Source: Haliotis rufescens (Eukaryota). Taken from it: a DNA stretch of 64,000 bases. Positions within the stretch are counted from its first letter, which is position 1. Each line of letters opens with the position of its first letter. The notes under the pieces were generated by a model. It was not told the origin of the DNA and did no database searches. It saw only the letters and a program-made list of their open reading frames with translations. The position numbers and the translations under genes were made by a program. The DNA lies in NCBI RefSeq assembly GCF_023055435.1, contig NW_025963879.1, positions 4,092,001 through 4,156,000 of the forward strand. The letters are read 5' to 3'. Positions 50,501 through 64,000 of this stretch are shown here, in pieces.

Positions 50501-53500
50501 TGCCACAGTAGCTACAAAGTTTCCCTAGGCAGGCGTTGGTGCCCTAGGAATTATGTCTGTCTCTGGACACTGGAAAAAGCATTTTTTCAAACATTTCATA
50601 ACCAGGTGTGCACCTATTGCTCAGTGTAGGGCATTTAGCAACATACTGCAGTCAAATAAAACAGCTCTTCCTTCACCAAGTTCGTCTCATGGCGACCAAT
50701 ACATCATATTAGTGGCTAACATTAGTGGGGGAAACAAAGTTGCAACTTTTGTAACAGAAAACACCTCAACTCACAAGAACCAGTGACACAGAATGTCTAT
50801 GTTGGCATCTGTTAGCTTGGTCATCATGTGATTTAAGTTAAGCAAATTAATCAATAAACAGAGCTTTAAACCCTTCTCATTGCTTGATAGGTTTATAAAT
50901 AATCATACACTGAACGGATTATATGTGATTTAGTTAACTATAAACTACCCTTTTGTGTGGTGTTGTATTATGTTTATTACATACTGTGTCTCTTATAGTA
51001 ACGTACAATGTGTGAAGCCCATTTCAGGTGTCCCCCGCCGTGATATTGCTGGAATATAGCTAAAAGCGGTGTAAAACCATACTCACTCACTCACTTAAAG
51101 GGCAAGTTCACACGGAAATTAACCTATTTTTCTTGTACTTTTTCCACATTAAAAGTGATAACCTAGAAGTGTCAAAGACAAAAATATAAAAATATCACAA
51201 TTAATTAACATATTTTTCGCATTAAAACGATTTATATTTTTCACATTTACCAAGTGTTCTATTTCCACAACAAAAACACCATGGCTTATGCCCCTTGCAA
51301 TATGACGTCATTGGTGCCAATTGATAAACATTATGACGTCATCATGCTTTGTTAGAGCCGCTTCACGTGGTGTAGGTACAGGTGTGTGATTCTAGCGTCT
51401 CAGATGCCAGCCAGCATAGTGTTATGCTGAGTCACCACTGCGCCGGAGTGTGTCGTAGGCCATGTTGTTTTACCGCAAACTGGTACTTGATATCTTTTGC
51501 GTTGAGAATAGACAGGGACCCAGTTGAATTGGCACCAATTACGTCATAATCTAAGGGGGATAACTCAGGCCTGTTTAGCTCGAAAAACGAAGGCCTCATA
51601 ACGGCATATCATTTTCACACTATTGTGAGCTTCCTACTTTCACTGTGAAAAAAATGAGTGTATATTTTCAAACACAGATACTAATTAATTCTAAAATTGC
51701 GTTTTGTTTAGAAAAAGAAAGAAAGTGATTTTTGCGTGTACACTTCCCCTTTAAAACAAGGGTGGAGGCAAGTTGGTTGAACAGCCTGCCAGTTCAAGGA
51801 TTTTCAATTTACAGCATTGTCTATTACTGATTTTATTTTAAACCTATCTGCAATAAAGCACAAGGTTAGCATTACATTCAGCATCTTAGCAAAGTAATAA
51901 AGTTTGTTCTACCCCCATGTGTAGTATAAAGTATGGTTTTGCCCTGAACTAATGTAACGTCAATGCTTTAACTATAATAATACTAAAACTATACTTTATT
52001 ACACTACGCTTGGGGGTAGAGCGAACTTTATTTCTTAGTTAGATGTGCAGTGCTGACAAGTCGGCACCATTGCAAGTAACAAATGAGTTGATTAGTTTCA
52101 AGTTAGGTGTTGATAATTTGAACTTATTTGTCAGTTTGACTTTTAACTGTTGCAGATGCTCAGTCCCCACACTTGTTGCCTCTCAATGTTGATCCACCAG
52201 GGACTGTCCATGTTGCATTTGAAGTGACATCCGCTGAGGTTATTAAAGATCAAAGATCCAGCTATGTTGTAAGTCGGTAGTAGAAATAGTTTTTGAGATG
52301 AGATAGCCAGTACTGCTATGTTAAATGCTACATCAGCAAGTTCTTGTTTTTGTGTTGAGTGTGTCTGTAGATGGGATGTGTGTCAGAGAGTGTTCCCAGG
52401 AGTAGGAATGTAACAATATATAATGAAGTATCGCAGTTGTTTGCCCTATGATAGTAATATGTCAACAGGAATTTATATATACCAATAGTATCATCGATAA
52501 TCTGCATAACAATCAATAGTCTCAATAGTTACAATTAGAAATAAAGGACGAGTGGGAGTTGTTTATCATACAATAAAACACTGAAGGGGCAAAAAGCCAT
52601 GAGTGGTGCAGGATATTTTAATAATGAGGACCCCCTCAATGGAATCTGACCTCCGCAATGTCGGACAAGTCCATTTTATGCACAGGTGGGTATTTCCCAC
52701 ATTTTACAATCTTCCCGTCGATTACCTGTACCTTTTCTCCCAATACGGATTGTCATATCTCTCCCGCTTTTGGATGTGACCATTTGGCCGTAGCGTTTAT
52801 CTGCGTTGCCCAGGTACATCTGTGGGGAACAACTCTGTAGACTCTCCCCTCTCAAAAAAAATGTTGCCCAGTATACGACATCATCAAGTTGCGTGTGCAT
52901 GTTTGAGTCTCCAGAAATGACGTCATAACAGAACAGTGTTTTATTGTGAAATAAACTACCCTTCTTTCTTCATTGTTCTTTGCAAATTATCGTGTAGCTA
53001 TCTTATATTAATAAGTAAGGCATATATTATTCGCTTCAAATCTGCCTGAGTGGTTGGTTAGCAAGGATTACAACAACTTCAGATTAGAGGTACTTTCCTT
53101 GGGTTTGAGTAATGACATGGCTGAAAATATCCATCTTTGAAATTGTCATTAATACTTTGTTCATTTCTATTTCATTGATTTATTTTATTATCAAGCCTTA
53201 AAGTTGGTTTCCTACCAATGCTATACAATCACAATAGTAAAATTAGCCCCAATAGTGAGCCCTACCAAAGAGTATACCTGTTTCTCCTGCAGCTTGAATA
53301 TGTTACATGATGATTAGATTATCATGACTATTAGACTATATTAGTAACCCCATTGTTGACATTATATACTAGCATATATTGCCTTGTGGTGTCAGAGCAG
53401 ATGTCGAAATTATAAACAATGTCAATAATGCCAGGGGCATAAAGTCATATGACTTATAGATCAGGTTCACCTTCAGAATACTTGATATTCATCTGCCATG

Positions 53501-56500
53501 GTTTTGTATGTTACTTATAAATATAGCAGAATACGACAGCATGACTTTTTTTTATAATAGGGCAATGAAACTCAAAATAAGCAGAAAAATGCCACCACTT
53601 GCATTTGTAGTGTTTCATGTGAACACACCTTAGAACTGAATATCAAAGCAATTCATCAACATTGAAAATCGGACTTTGAAATATTCCTAAAACATAATGG
53701 CATGTGGCTACCTCATCAGTGACATCCATTTGGGACTTATTTAAACAAACACATATTGGAAACTAAAAATGACATTTCCTTACGATAGCATTTATTTCAA
53801 GTTGTGTGTGTGGGTGTGTGCGTTAAGCCCCCCAAACCCCGTTATTTTTGTGAGGCAGCTAAAAATGGTGGCAAAGAAACTTAGAAACCGGTTCTAAGGA
53901 AGGAGCTTGTGCACATTCGTTACCAATATGGCGAAAGGTATCTGATATTCTGTATTCTAGACCTAGTAAGTAGGCAAAATGAGAAGAAAATGGATAGCAA
54001 CTACTTCTATTCTTTGTCAAATTGCGATCCATAAAAAGTGTCATGTATTCATCTAATATAGTTTATTGAGATGTTTATCTTATCAAACATATTTGCAAGG
54101 AATGTTTGGCTCACTTTAGTTCATTCAAGAATATGCCCAGTCACCTGTCTAGGTTTGTTACTGAAGGCTCTTTAGACACCCTATGGGAAGCTGAACAGCA
54201 TGAACAGACTGATGTGGAGCAGTATTGCTGCATGATGTGGAGCATGTTCAAAGCACATGGTATGAATGTGACAAGGTAGGAACACAATGTCACAATATTA
54301 ATGTCTGAAACTTAATATAATTATTTTTATTTACTGCTTGTTCTTGACAGAGAAGAGCTGTGTGGGGTCTTGCTGAAGAAAAAGTTGTTCCAACTGGTTG
54401 TGTGGTTTAGCCCATCACACAGCTCCCACTTGACCATGGAAGTGATGACGTCACTGATCAGCACATTACTGCTGTCACCTCAAGAGAACAGTCAGCTGTT
54501 TGAGCTCTCAGCTGTTATGCATTTGAATCCTTTGCGTGTTGTAACAACACTATTGTTCTTGTGAATTATACTCTTCTCATGGTTTGTGTCTTCTATATTT
54601 CATAAGACTTTTACCATTACTTTAATATTTAATGCTTGATGGTGGCTTTTTATCACGGTAAATATCAGCCACATGTTGATCCAATTAGCCATTTTGATTT
54701 CATTGCGTGGTCACGTTTCTTTTGTGTCATGCAGTCTGTATTGTTTGTGTTGCTTGGTATTTCAATTTATTTATGGTATATTATTGTTATTAAAATGGTG
54801 GTTTTTCGCGTTCCTTTTGTAAGCTTATTATTAAACCCACAGGGTTGGGATTGAGATTATAGAATACACAATGGGTTTGAGAACACATTGTGATTACACC
54901 TCTGCTATCATTGCAGATACATGCTACGTTGTACCAAGTGCCATGGTAATAAGTCTGTGTGGGATCCTTATCCTTTGTGATTGAACTGTACTGACATCTG
55001 CTCCACGGCTACTAAGTGTAGCGTTTGTCTCCCACTTTCTTACACAGTGATCTCCAGGTATCTTGGAAACAACAGACACAACAGGCCTGTAAACTTGAAG
55101 ATGTCACTCCCACCAGTCACGGTCTCCTCCTCTTGAGGTGAGAAGCCTCCAGTTTCCACTCCTTTTTTGTGCAGCTTCGTTGGAGATATCGTCTACTACT
55201 TCCTCCCCTGCTCAGATGCTGACTTCCATTTTAAAGACATCCCTTACACTGTTGACTCCTCTACCCTCTGTGCTGATATACTCTTCTTTGACTACTACGA
55301 TGACACTAGACTTGGTGCCGACGACTCTGCGATCATCAACTGTCAGCTTATTCGGACCTGCAGCTTTTCATCCAGCACCTCCATAGGTGCCCTATATGGA
55401 TCCATCCTGGCCTCGGTTCCCAGCTCCTCTAGTACCTCTGTCTTCTGCAACGCTGTCGGCACCCCTGGCACCTCAGGTCTCAGTGACGCTCCCGGCGCCT
55501 CAGACGGCGCCTCCTGTAGATTTTGGTGGTGCCCTGACAGTCCACTCTACCTGCTCTGAGAGTTCTGCCTATCCTGGCTCCTCATTACATCGTAGTTGTC
55601 AAATTGTCATGCTCTAGATGCTGTTCCTGGAGCCGATCTCCTGTTCAGCACTCTGAGGAATATCTCTCTGGTTCATTGTAAGGCTCATATGTCCTGGCTT
55701 ACGAAGGCTCTCCCCTGGACATGAACACTCACCTCGGCCTTAATCAAGATGCCGACTGGTTAACAGACTGCCTAGCTGAAGTTGCTCTGTCTTAGGGACC
55801 CAATGTTGACAAAAAATAAACCATCTGGTGTCACCCCATGCCTCCAGATCCAATGAGCAAGGATATGATTGCGGCCTTAGATGAGGACTTCTCCAAGTTG
55901 TCTCTCACTCCCTCTTTCAAAGCACCACAATGCAAAGAAAGATGGCATTCCGAACCACGCCTTTGACATGTCACATCTTAGATGACGACCTTCACTGTAT
56001 GACGAGATCTAAACGTACTCACGTGGATGAAACAGCTGGTCTTTTTGTAACAGAGGCCATGCTGGGACTGTTCTCATAGCAGGAGCAGGGACCACAAGGG
56101 CAAATGATGAAGCGATGGACACCAATGACTGGGAACTCCCATCCTGTTGTTGAAACTCCTGCATGTGGGAGACTAGGGCACGATTGGCAGAGTTGGGACA
56201 TCCTGGGGGACCCATGCGTCACCAACATCCTGCGCTAGAGATATTGGCTCTCACTGAGCAACTACCCACCTCTGATGTTGTCATCTGTGGCAGATGCCTA
56301 CCCCCCCTACTCAACAGCAGCTACACCTCACAAACAACAACATGCTGCCAGAGGCCATAGAGATTTACACTCCCCGGCAAAAACACCAGGCTTCAACTCC
56401 CTAATATTCCTTGTCCCCAAGAACGTCTCGGACTTACTCAGAATAATTTCCACATGTCTGCATTAAGGCTGGTTAAGTCCAAAATCCAGGCCAACGATTC

Positions 56501-58176
56501 ACTGATCAGCCTCGACATCCAGGACGATTACTTATGTGCCGATCCATCCCAGATACAAGAAATTCCTCTGTTTCTCATCTTCAATGGTATCCATTATCAA
56601 TGGGCAGTGCTCCCATTTGGCATTTTCAGCTATATACATGCATCACCAAAACGAGAGCCACCTTCCTCGACCTGAGGAACATTCAATTTGAGGAGTATAT
56701 AGACAATTGCTTCCTGAACCACCAGAACATGGCAACTCTCATCCTCCACAGGGATTTTACTCATCAGCTGGGTTGGATCTTCAACATGCAGAAGTCGGAG
56801 CTCATGCCTTCGTTCAACCTGCAATTAATAGGCGGCCTCTTCCAGACCAACCTAGATCTCCTCTTTGTCCAGGGTCCTTCCAAAGAATAGATCGACCCAG
56901 AGCCTTCCTCTGATTTTGATAGCTCTTGGTGGCCAGCAAGGGGCTGCTTCGTGGATCACAAGAAGATGTCTTCCATCAAGGCCCTCAAACTGCCAGGTTG
57001 GCCCAACATGTTGATCCATCCTCACAGCAGGCTGCCTTACCCATCTCCGGACAGGTTTCATCTTTACATCTGCAAAGAGCCCTAAGGGCCAAAGGTTACT
57101 TGGCAAGGGCAGCGAAGTCAATCATCTCTATGGCGACAAGTGGCGCTCTTATGAGAGTTTCTGCAAGGAGAAACACCAGGATCTCCCCTCTGTGTTGCCC
57201 TAATTCTTGCCTGAATTCCGGACACAGTCTTCGCCTGCCACTACCTATGAGACGTTAATTTGAATACGTGGAAGGCACTCAGAGCTTTAGCCCTTTGGTG
57301 GTTGCCCAGCAAATCACCTCCCTGAAGTGCCATTGACTCTTCCCAATGATGGGGGCCGACCTTTCGACCTCTCTGGTGCATGTCACCCAGACTAGAAGGT
57401 TTATATGCTACGTCCATGGCCTCGGTACGTCGATCTATTCTCCCGTCAGTAGGAAGGAGTGTGATAACCACTCTAAGTTCCCTGAGGGAGCTTTCATCCC
57501 TGACTTTGACCCTCCCTCACATCTTGGGATGAATCAAGTTGCTGATTGGATGGAGGATAGGTTGGCTTGTATAGTGCCATCTCCAAGACCAGACGTGGAC
57601 AAGGACACAATCTGGTCCCACCAAATGTCCATTCCTTCAGATCCTATGTTAACAGTTCTCATCTCGGCGCTCGATGAGGACTTTGCGAAGCTCTCACTCA
57701 CTCTGTCTTTTAAAGAACTTAGTTATCAGCAGGATGACTTCCTGGTTCACTTATTTGGTGTGGTTAATGGCACGACCTTCAATTGAATGACCCATTCATC
57801 GAAGCCTGTGATGATCCGCATGCCCGATACTCGACTGTCCCTCAACAACTCTGGAAATTCTACGTTTTCTTAAGCCCCCCTCAACTCTTGCCTCGTCCTT
57901 GACGGCTATTGATCAGGACTAACCCTAATAGGATCGAGACTGCCTCCGTGGTCTAGTGGTAGAGCGCCCGCCCGGAGAGCAGGTCCAGGGTTCGATCCCC
58001 AGCCGCGTCATACCAAAAGACGTTAATAGATGGTACTTGTTGTTACCCTGTCTGGCGCTCAACATTAAGGGCTAAAACAAGGACTGATTGGTTCGGAGTT
58101 AGTATACTGTGTCTGAGTGGGGTATTCATGTTAAACTGCAGCATGGTATCTCTGTGCTAGCACTATAAATCGGCAT

Positions 58177-58242
<66 letters not shown>

Positions 58243-61239
58243 AGTCTGTGAAATCAGGGGACTCTCCACTCCTCCTCTCTGCTGTCTTAGACATTCAGCT
58301 TCTTCCAATTTGGTAGACCTTCTCGACCTGCACTTCCTAGTTCAACACATTCCAGGGTGCCGGAACGTGTTGGCGTATGCGGTGTCCTGACTGGACAGGG
58401 TGGCTCCCACAGAATGGAAGTTACATCCTGAGGTTTTCACCATGATTTGCCGACGGATCGACCATCTCAGCAGTGACCTATTTGCCATAGTCAAAACATC
58501 CAGCTGTGTAATTAATCAGTCCAGTTCAGGATCCGCAAGCACTGGCGATCGATGCTCTCAGCGTTCACTGTGAAGGATTAAAAGCATACGCTTTTCCACC
58601 TCTGGTACTCCTTCCCAGGGTTTTACAAAAGATCAGGGAAACTCAGAACCTAGTTCTGATTTTGGTCGCACCTTGGTGACTGGGGAGAAGTTGGTTTGTT
58701 GAGCTCAGAAATCTTGCCAGGGATGATCCTCTTGAACTTACGGTTTGGCCATACCTACTGCTCCACCCACACAGCAGGTTACTGCATCCTACCCCCGACA
58801 GGTTTCGTCTGCACGCTTGGTACATAAGAAGAGAACCTTAAGTGTCAAGGGCTACTCATTGAGGGCGGCCAAGGCCATAGCCTTGGCACATAGTCCTTCC
58901 ACACAAGGGCTTCACCCCAATTTGAATTTTTATTCTTCCTACGCAGCCATAGTCACCTCAGAGGCTCTACTATTTTAACTATTTTTATGACCTCATCAAG
59001 AAAAAGTTGTTTTTTTTCCCCCTGGCTATGGCAGCTCGGATTAGCAAGCTACATGCCTTAGACGTCTACAGTGTCTGGTGTGAACATGGAGCTCATGTGG
59101 CCATTCATCTTTGGCTCTGCTGGGATTTCATTGCCAAGAATCAACTCCCTGCGCAGACAGGTCATTCACCATCTCTCCCATCTCATCGATCATGGGATTA
59201 GAAGATGAAAGGGAACTTTTGTAATGCCAAGTGCGTGATTTGCGATGTTTCTTCAGACATTCGAAAACACAATGTTCAGGAAACGCTTTTTTATGCCAGT
59301 TTTTCCTACTTCGCAGACAGAGGTTAACTGTAATACTATCTCCATTTGGCTGCAGGCAGTCATTCTCCAGGCATAAGAAGCGGATTGTAAGCAAATAACC
59401 ATTGCATGGCTCTCCATAGCAACTGCTTCATCAAGTCTATTATGGAAGGGTGTATTTAGTGCACTGATACCGTCTTTGCCAGCCATTATCTACGTGATGT
59501 GGCCTTAGAGGATGTTGCTGGCGTCCATAGTTTTGGTCTCTTGGTGGTGGCACAACATGTCACAAACCCCTGACGTCATTGATTCTCTCAGACCTGCAAG
59601 CTGGCCCATTGAACTCTCTGTTTTTTGTGAGCCCAGATTAGAGGGTTCACATGCTTTCTGAATTAGCTTGGTAGGTGAGTTTTAGATTCTGGCTCACGCT
59701 TTTTTCTATTACTGTTCCTTTACATGGGTTTCTCGTTTTCTTCACTCTCTCGTTTTCCTTCTGACAGGAATGGTCATTGTCATCGCTCAGGCTGCTGCAC
59801 TGGTTACTGCACTGGTTACTTGGACCTTGACAAGGATTTACTTGGGATCACATCAGAAGATATGCCCTCCTCCGTACCGTCTGATGAAGATGCTTTAAGG
59901 AGTGATGCTGGATAAGTTAAAAAAATTAGTAAAATCTAAATATTTTTTACATTTGTACATATACTTATCATGCATTACTTTGTCTAAGTGCCCTCCTGTC
60001 GCAGTGCTACCTCCCCCTCAAAGTCGTCAGATGTGTACGTTCTAAAGCAGTAATGTGCTCATACAGGACATCGCCACTTCCAGGTCACATGGCAGCTGTG
60101 GCAGCTGTGGGTACTGCTACGCTACTGGTTGGAGCAACTTCTTCAGCAGCTGCCCCTCTCACACCTTCATCTTTCTGTAAAAAAACCCAGCAATAAATGC
60201 ATTAAGGAGTAATGCAGGATAGATATACAAATGTAAAAAATATTTAGATTTTACTTATATTAAGTTTCAGTCATTAATATTGTGACATTGTGTTCCTACC
60301 TTGTCACATTCATACCATGTGCTTTGAACATGCTCCACATCATGCAGCAATACTGCTCCACATCAGTCTGTTCATGCTGTTCAGCTTCCCATATATATTA
60401 AGATTGAATGGATCTTCTTCCACAAAGGAACATTTACTAGAATGGAATTGAAAAGACAGCATTTTTGTCAACTTACTTACAAATTACTGCAACCTAGGAT
60501 AAGATGAGTTAACATGTGCTTGACGATTCATAACCATGGTAACCTGAATTCACCAACATTGTTTCAGTTATACACAATCCTGGTATCCAGCAGCTCTGGC
60601 GTGGAAAGGTTGCCAACCACGGTTGACCGTAGATATTCAGACTTTGAGAAACTCAACTCAGTACTTAAAAAAAAGCACCCCCACATTATGGAAGATGTAT
60701 CTTTTCCAAGGAAATTGTTAGTTGGTAATTTTAGCAGTGAAACCATTGCACATCGGAGCAGATCCTTTGAGCAATATCTAAGCCATGTGTTTTCAGTTTA
60801 CGAGTTGCGGTACTCAAATGAATTGGCAGCATTTTTCTACCTTAACGATGCAAAAGAAGGATACTCATTGTTATGCAGTGAACAATATCTGGAAGCAATT
60901 TCTCTGTTTGAGAAATGTCTACCTGTGTGTGAAAAACTGTATGGTGGTGGTCATCTAAGAGTTGTCTCCCTTCTGCATGCCTTGGTTGTGTGTTATCATG
61001 CAATAGAGAAACTGAACAAGGCTCAGAAGTATGCCGAGGTTGCACTAAAGAGCACCAATGACCCAGTGGTGGATGAACCCAGTATTGCCCTCATCAAACT
61101 GTCCATCCGTCTGTGCTGGTCTTTGGGCAAGGACAAACAAGACCTTGAGAAGAGGCTACAGGAGTTAAAGGCCAGGAAGATCAATGTGGATAATGTGCCC
61201 GATCTGAAGGATATTGTCAAACTGAACACATTGGTCTGA
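47573..61239 (+). CDS. SNX21: Sorting nexin 20/21-like (PX domain + helical PXB/TPR-like region), 3 exons, 325 aa
   Basis: Exons 47573-47765, 52156-52268 and 60568-61239, GT-AG, phases 1 and 0. AFEVTSAEVIKD..SYVLYTI, RRYSDFEKL, FPRKLLVGNFSSETIAHRSRSFEQYL. Confidence 0.88.
49600..50262 (+). mobile_element. 5'-truncated, decayed LINE 3' fragment
   Basis: NWVSDVRNVLFASGFSYVW-like peptide, CTHC..EVEDEYH zinc finger remnant, AATAAA followed by a (CTGT)n tail. Confidence 0.7.
51003..51094 (+). mobile_element. 5'-truncated SINE copy with (ACTC)n tail
   Basis: Matches the 3' half of 29878-30029(-). Confidence 0.8.
51099..51750. mobile_element. TTAA-flanked MITE (Kolobok-like)
   Basis: TTAA-AGGGCAAGTTCACACG ... 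CGTGTACACTTCCCCT-TTAA, with an internal inverted repeat at ~51286-51322 and ~51527-51562. Confidence 0.7.
54182..54320 (+). repeat. Left arm of 139-bp inverted repeat
   Basis: Reverse complement of 60255-60393 with one mismatch. Confidence 0.97.
54321..60254 (+). mobile_element. Decayed DIRS-type tyrosine-recombinase retrotransposon in SNX intron 2
   Basis: Diverged ITRs at ~54325-54472 and ~60046-60200. ICR-like 59928-59978 is complementary to 60208-60255. RT remnants SLDIQD, YQWAVLPFG, YIDN; RNase H HIPGCRNVLA; methyltransferase-like DLFA..YAFPP; recombinase ARISKLHAL..FASHYLRD. Confidence 0.85.
57938..58238 (+). mobile_element. tRNA-derived SINE (Meta-domain type) with (CA)n tail, nested in DIRS
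   Basis: A box TGGTCTAGTGGT, B box GGTTCGATCCC, then GTCATACCAAAAGAC..TGGTACTTGTTG..CATTAAGGG core. Confidence 0.8.
60255..60393 (-). repeat. Right arm of 139-bp inverted repeat
   Basis: Reverse complement of 54182-54320 with one mismatch. Confidence 0.97.
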
Positions 61240-64000
61240 TTAAAGATGCTATGCCTTTTAATGATTTATTGTTGTTAAAAATGTTTTGATTATTTTCATT
61301 GATGTTAAATTATTACAGAGATAATACAATTTATTATGTTTAGAAAATGGCAACAATTGTTCCATTTCATTCCATATGTATTTGGTATGAATGCTGAAGT
61401 ATGGCATGTCTAACTGTAAATGCAGATTGACATTTGTTATTTCCCTTTGATGTAGCTAACCATAAGCAGTTAATATATTCAGGATCTGACAGATTGAGTA
61501 TGGTTATCTGATTGAGTGTAATCTGTGTGATCTAAAAGCAATGAAGTGTTGGTACATGTATGACAAGTATATTTTATGTAAACATTGCGTTTTAATCATC
61601 AATGAAATGATATTTTGATATTTAAGAAATAAACGACCAGGGGGAGTTGTTTGTTGTACAATAAAATACTGCATGGAATATAAACGAGGGGCATCTATTT
61701 CTTATACATGATACCAACATTATTTACAGCCTCTTAAAGAATGTCAATAAACTTTACAATTTATCGCGTAGCTATCTTATATTATTTGATAACGCATGTA
61801 CATTCTGTGGTATAACATAATTTGTTAAATATATGCATTGTTGTATATTTACTGTTTTGTGTATCATATCTGTAAATTAGACATTGTTAGAGCTGGTACA
61901 TGCAACCTAGTACTTCTATCTGCAGTCACAAGACCACACAAGCCCAGCCTTAAGTCTGCAGTTGGAAATAAAGACATTTAGGAAAATATACTTTAAGCCT
62001 GCAGATGTCTAATCGCAATTATTGGATTATTGCTAACTGGAATGATAGATTGGGATACCAGGATATCCACCACCCATGGCTGTCCACGTTGATAAGATTT
62101 GCTAAACAAACTATTGTGTATACATATGTGCATTCAAGTGGTTACAGAGTTATTTCCCTTTGACCATAAACCGTGGTTGCAGATTTCCGACGTCCCAAAC
62201 ATATTCTCCGCAAGCAATGAAGAACTTTAACCTGCGAATATTGGGAAAAGTTACCTGGTAAAGTCTATGATTATATGAAACGAACAGTAAATTAAGTTGC
62301 CATGTAAATTAGGCTTGTGTTTTTTGAGACATGGGCACTTCTAATGTGGTGTAGTAGCCCCCGATGTTATGCTGAAGTCTCATTTCCTTGATGATTACTT
62401 AATTTGTTTCGTGTCCGACTCATATGCAAGCTTTGTACAGATATCCACAACCTCCTGACAGTAGGCTGACTGAGGTTGGTACAAGTGGGATTATTTGTAC
62501 TCCCATGATGACCCCAGATAGTGATGTACATGTGGCTTGTGAAGGGATACCAGCATGAAGATAACACCTTGTGACTGCAGGACTTTCAGTGAAAAATTTA
62601 ATTTTATACTCATTTACTAAATATACTTTTATTTTGTCCTTGTTGACTCTTAACTCAGTATATCTGGCTGTTCTTGCCTGTTTCACCATTTTGCATATCT
62701 GCTGGTTTTGTTCTTTGTTTACTGTGCAACTCAAGTTGTTTTTCACCAATATCTTTAATGTTCTTTCCTTAATATTTTTCACCAGTATTGTTGCAGAAAG
62801 ATGATTAAAGTTAATATTGAGTATTGACCGATACCAGTAATGTTCTGATTTCCCTACATGCAGGTATTTCAATAATAGAAGATGTATTTGCCAAGTTTGC
62901 TTATAACAATTAACATTGTCTTGTTTAAGAAATGCACATTTGATTTTTTTACAATGAGCATGTACAAAAACCATGTCATTGCATCACAAATGGATGACAG
63001 ACCCGCAGTCATCCTGAAGCTGTGAATCACTGGTTGTACTTGTACAGTATATATTGTTTCTTGAATTTTAAACACATTGTTAATGATTCCAGATCTGAAG
63101 ATGATGAAATGGGTTAGGGAAGATTTGTTTTGTTTTGTTGATATGCTTCTAAGTTCAATGAAGACTGTTTCTGCTTCTGTTTGCAAGGCAGCAGTGACTT
63201 CCATTGTGCCCCTTTGGACAGTGTCCTCTCACATTATGTTGAAAACATCTACATGGATATATTCAAAACTTCATTGTTTTGCATAACCATGATTAATATA
63301 ATCTTGACAATTTCTCTGGGAATAGTGTTTGATGGCATGGTCAATTGTACATGGCTTAAATTTTATTGCGTGCCTTTGAAAATGGGACTATTATATCACC
63401 ATGCACTGCATTATTTGCAGTATATATACAGTCACATACCAGTATATATGATGATCTTCCAAAATCTGTCTTAGGAGCTGACCATTTAATATTATATTCC
63501 CCCCAAATTCATGAAAAAAATAATGATGCTTCAGACAGTTGAAAAAAAATAAAATAAATAAGCTGCCATAAAAATTACATTGTTGCAAGGTGTTTTTACT
63601 CTTTTTTTAAATCAGGCTAATAGATATCTAGTTTTGTTGCTGTAGCTGAAAAAGTATCTCATCTTGATGCAAAATGCCAGGCCCCACCAGAATATCAAAT
63701 GGTCAGCAGTCCCTTACATGATGCCGGGATGCATATTGGCACTACCAGGGTATCTGTCACTGAGGCTGATGGTAAAGGTACCCTGGGGGATGGTTAAATT
63801 TCAGTCCTTAGAAGTTATCAATATTCGGGCTGGTATGGTACATGTTAAGTTGCACCATGCGTGATGTCTTCGGTAGATTCTAAATCTGATTAGATGTCAT
63901 GTGGGGTTACATTTATAAGACATGGCGCAAGCCACAAGAAGACCAGTAAAACCAAGCATATTTCAGTTTGTGTAAATAAACTATAAATATCTTTATCCAG

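Noticed and set aside
57938-58010. Possible tRNA gene
   Set aside because: It has A/B boxes but no complete cloverleaf, and it continues into a SINE core and (CA)n tail.
62340-64000. Fragmented minus-strand ORFs, possibly a decayed transposase
   Set aside because: Multiple stops and no diagnostic motif or termini visible in the window.

Overview
Eukaryotic, AT-rich, transposon-dense animal DNA. The SINE types suggest a mollusc, possibly a gastropod (inference). Three host genes can be built by hand: a 6-exon clan-2 cytochrome P450 (+, 21542-29124, 499 aa), an intronless BTB/AT-hook/8xC2H2 zinc-finger gene (-, 45237-47234) and, head-to-head with it, a 3-exon SNX20/21-like gene (+, 47573-61239). 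Mobile DNA includes a full-length, apparently intact I/Nimb-type LINE with a TSD, a BEL/Pao LTR element whose 3' LTR carries an ORF1-only non-LTR insert, a decayed DIRS element, mariner/Tc1/MULE/Kolobok-like remnants, several SINE families and two minisatellites. Four observations stand out. (1) A minimal HDV-like self-cleaving ribozyme sits exactly at the LINE 5' end. (2) Directly behind it is a covarying pseudoknot+hairpin that also forms the 5' head of a ~260-bp non-autonomous retroposon. (3) A 5'-complete, TSD-flanked ORF1-only 'half-LINE' has an Inr/DPE-like promoter. (4) An old DIRS sits in the exact centre of a 139-bp-arm palindrome whose arms are 138/139 identical.
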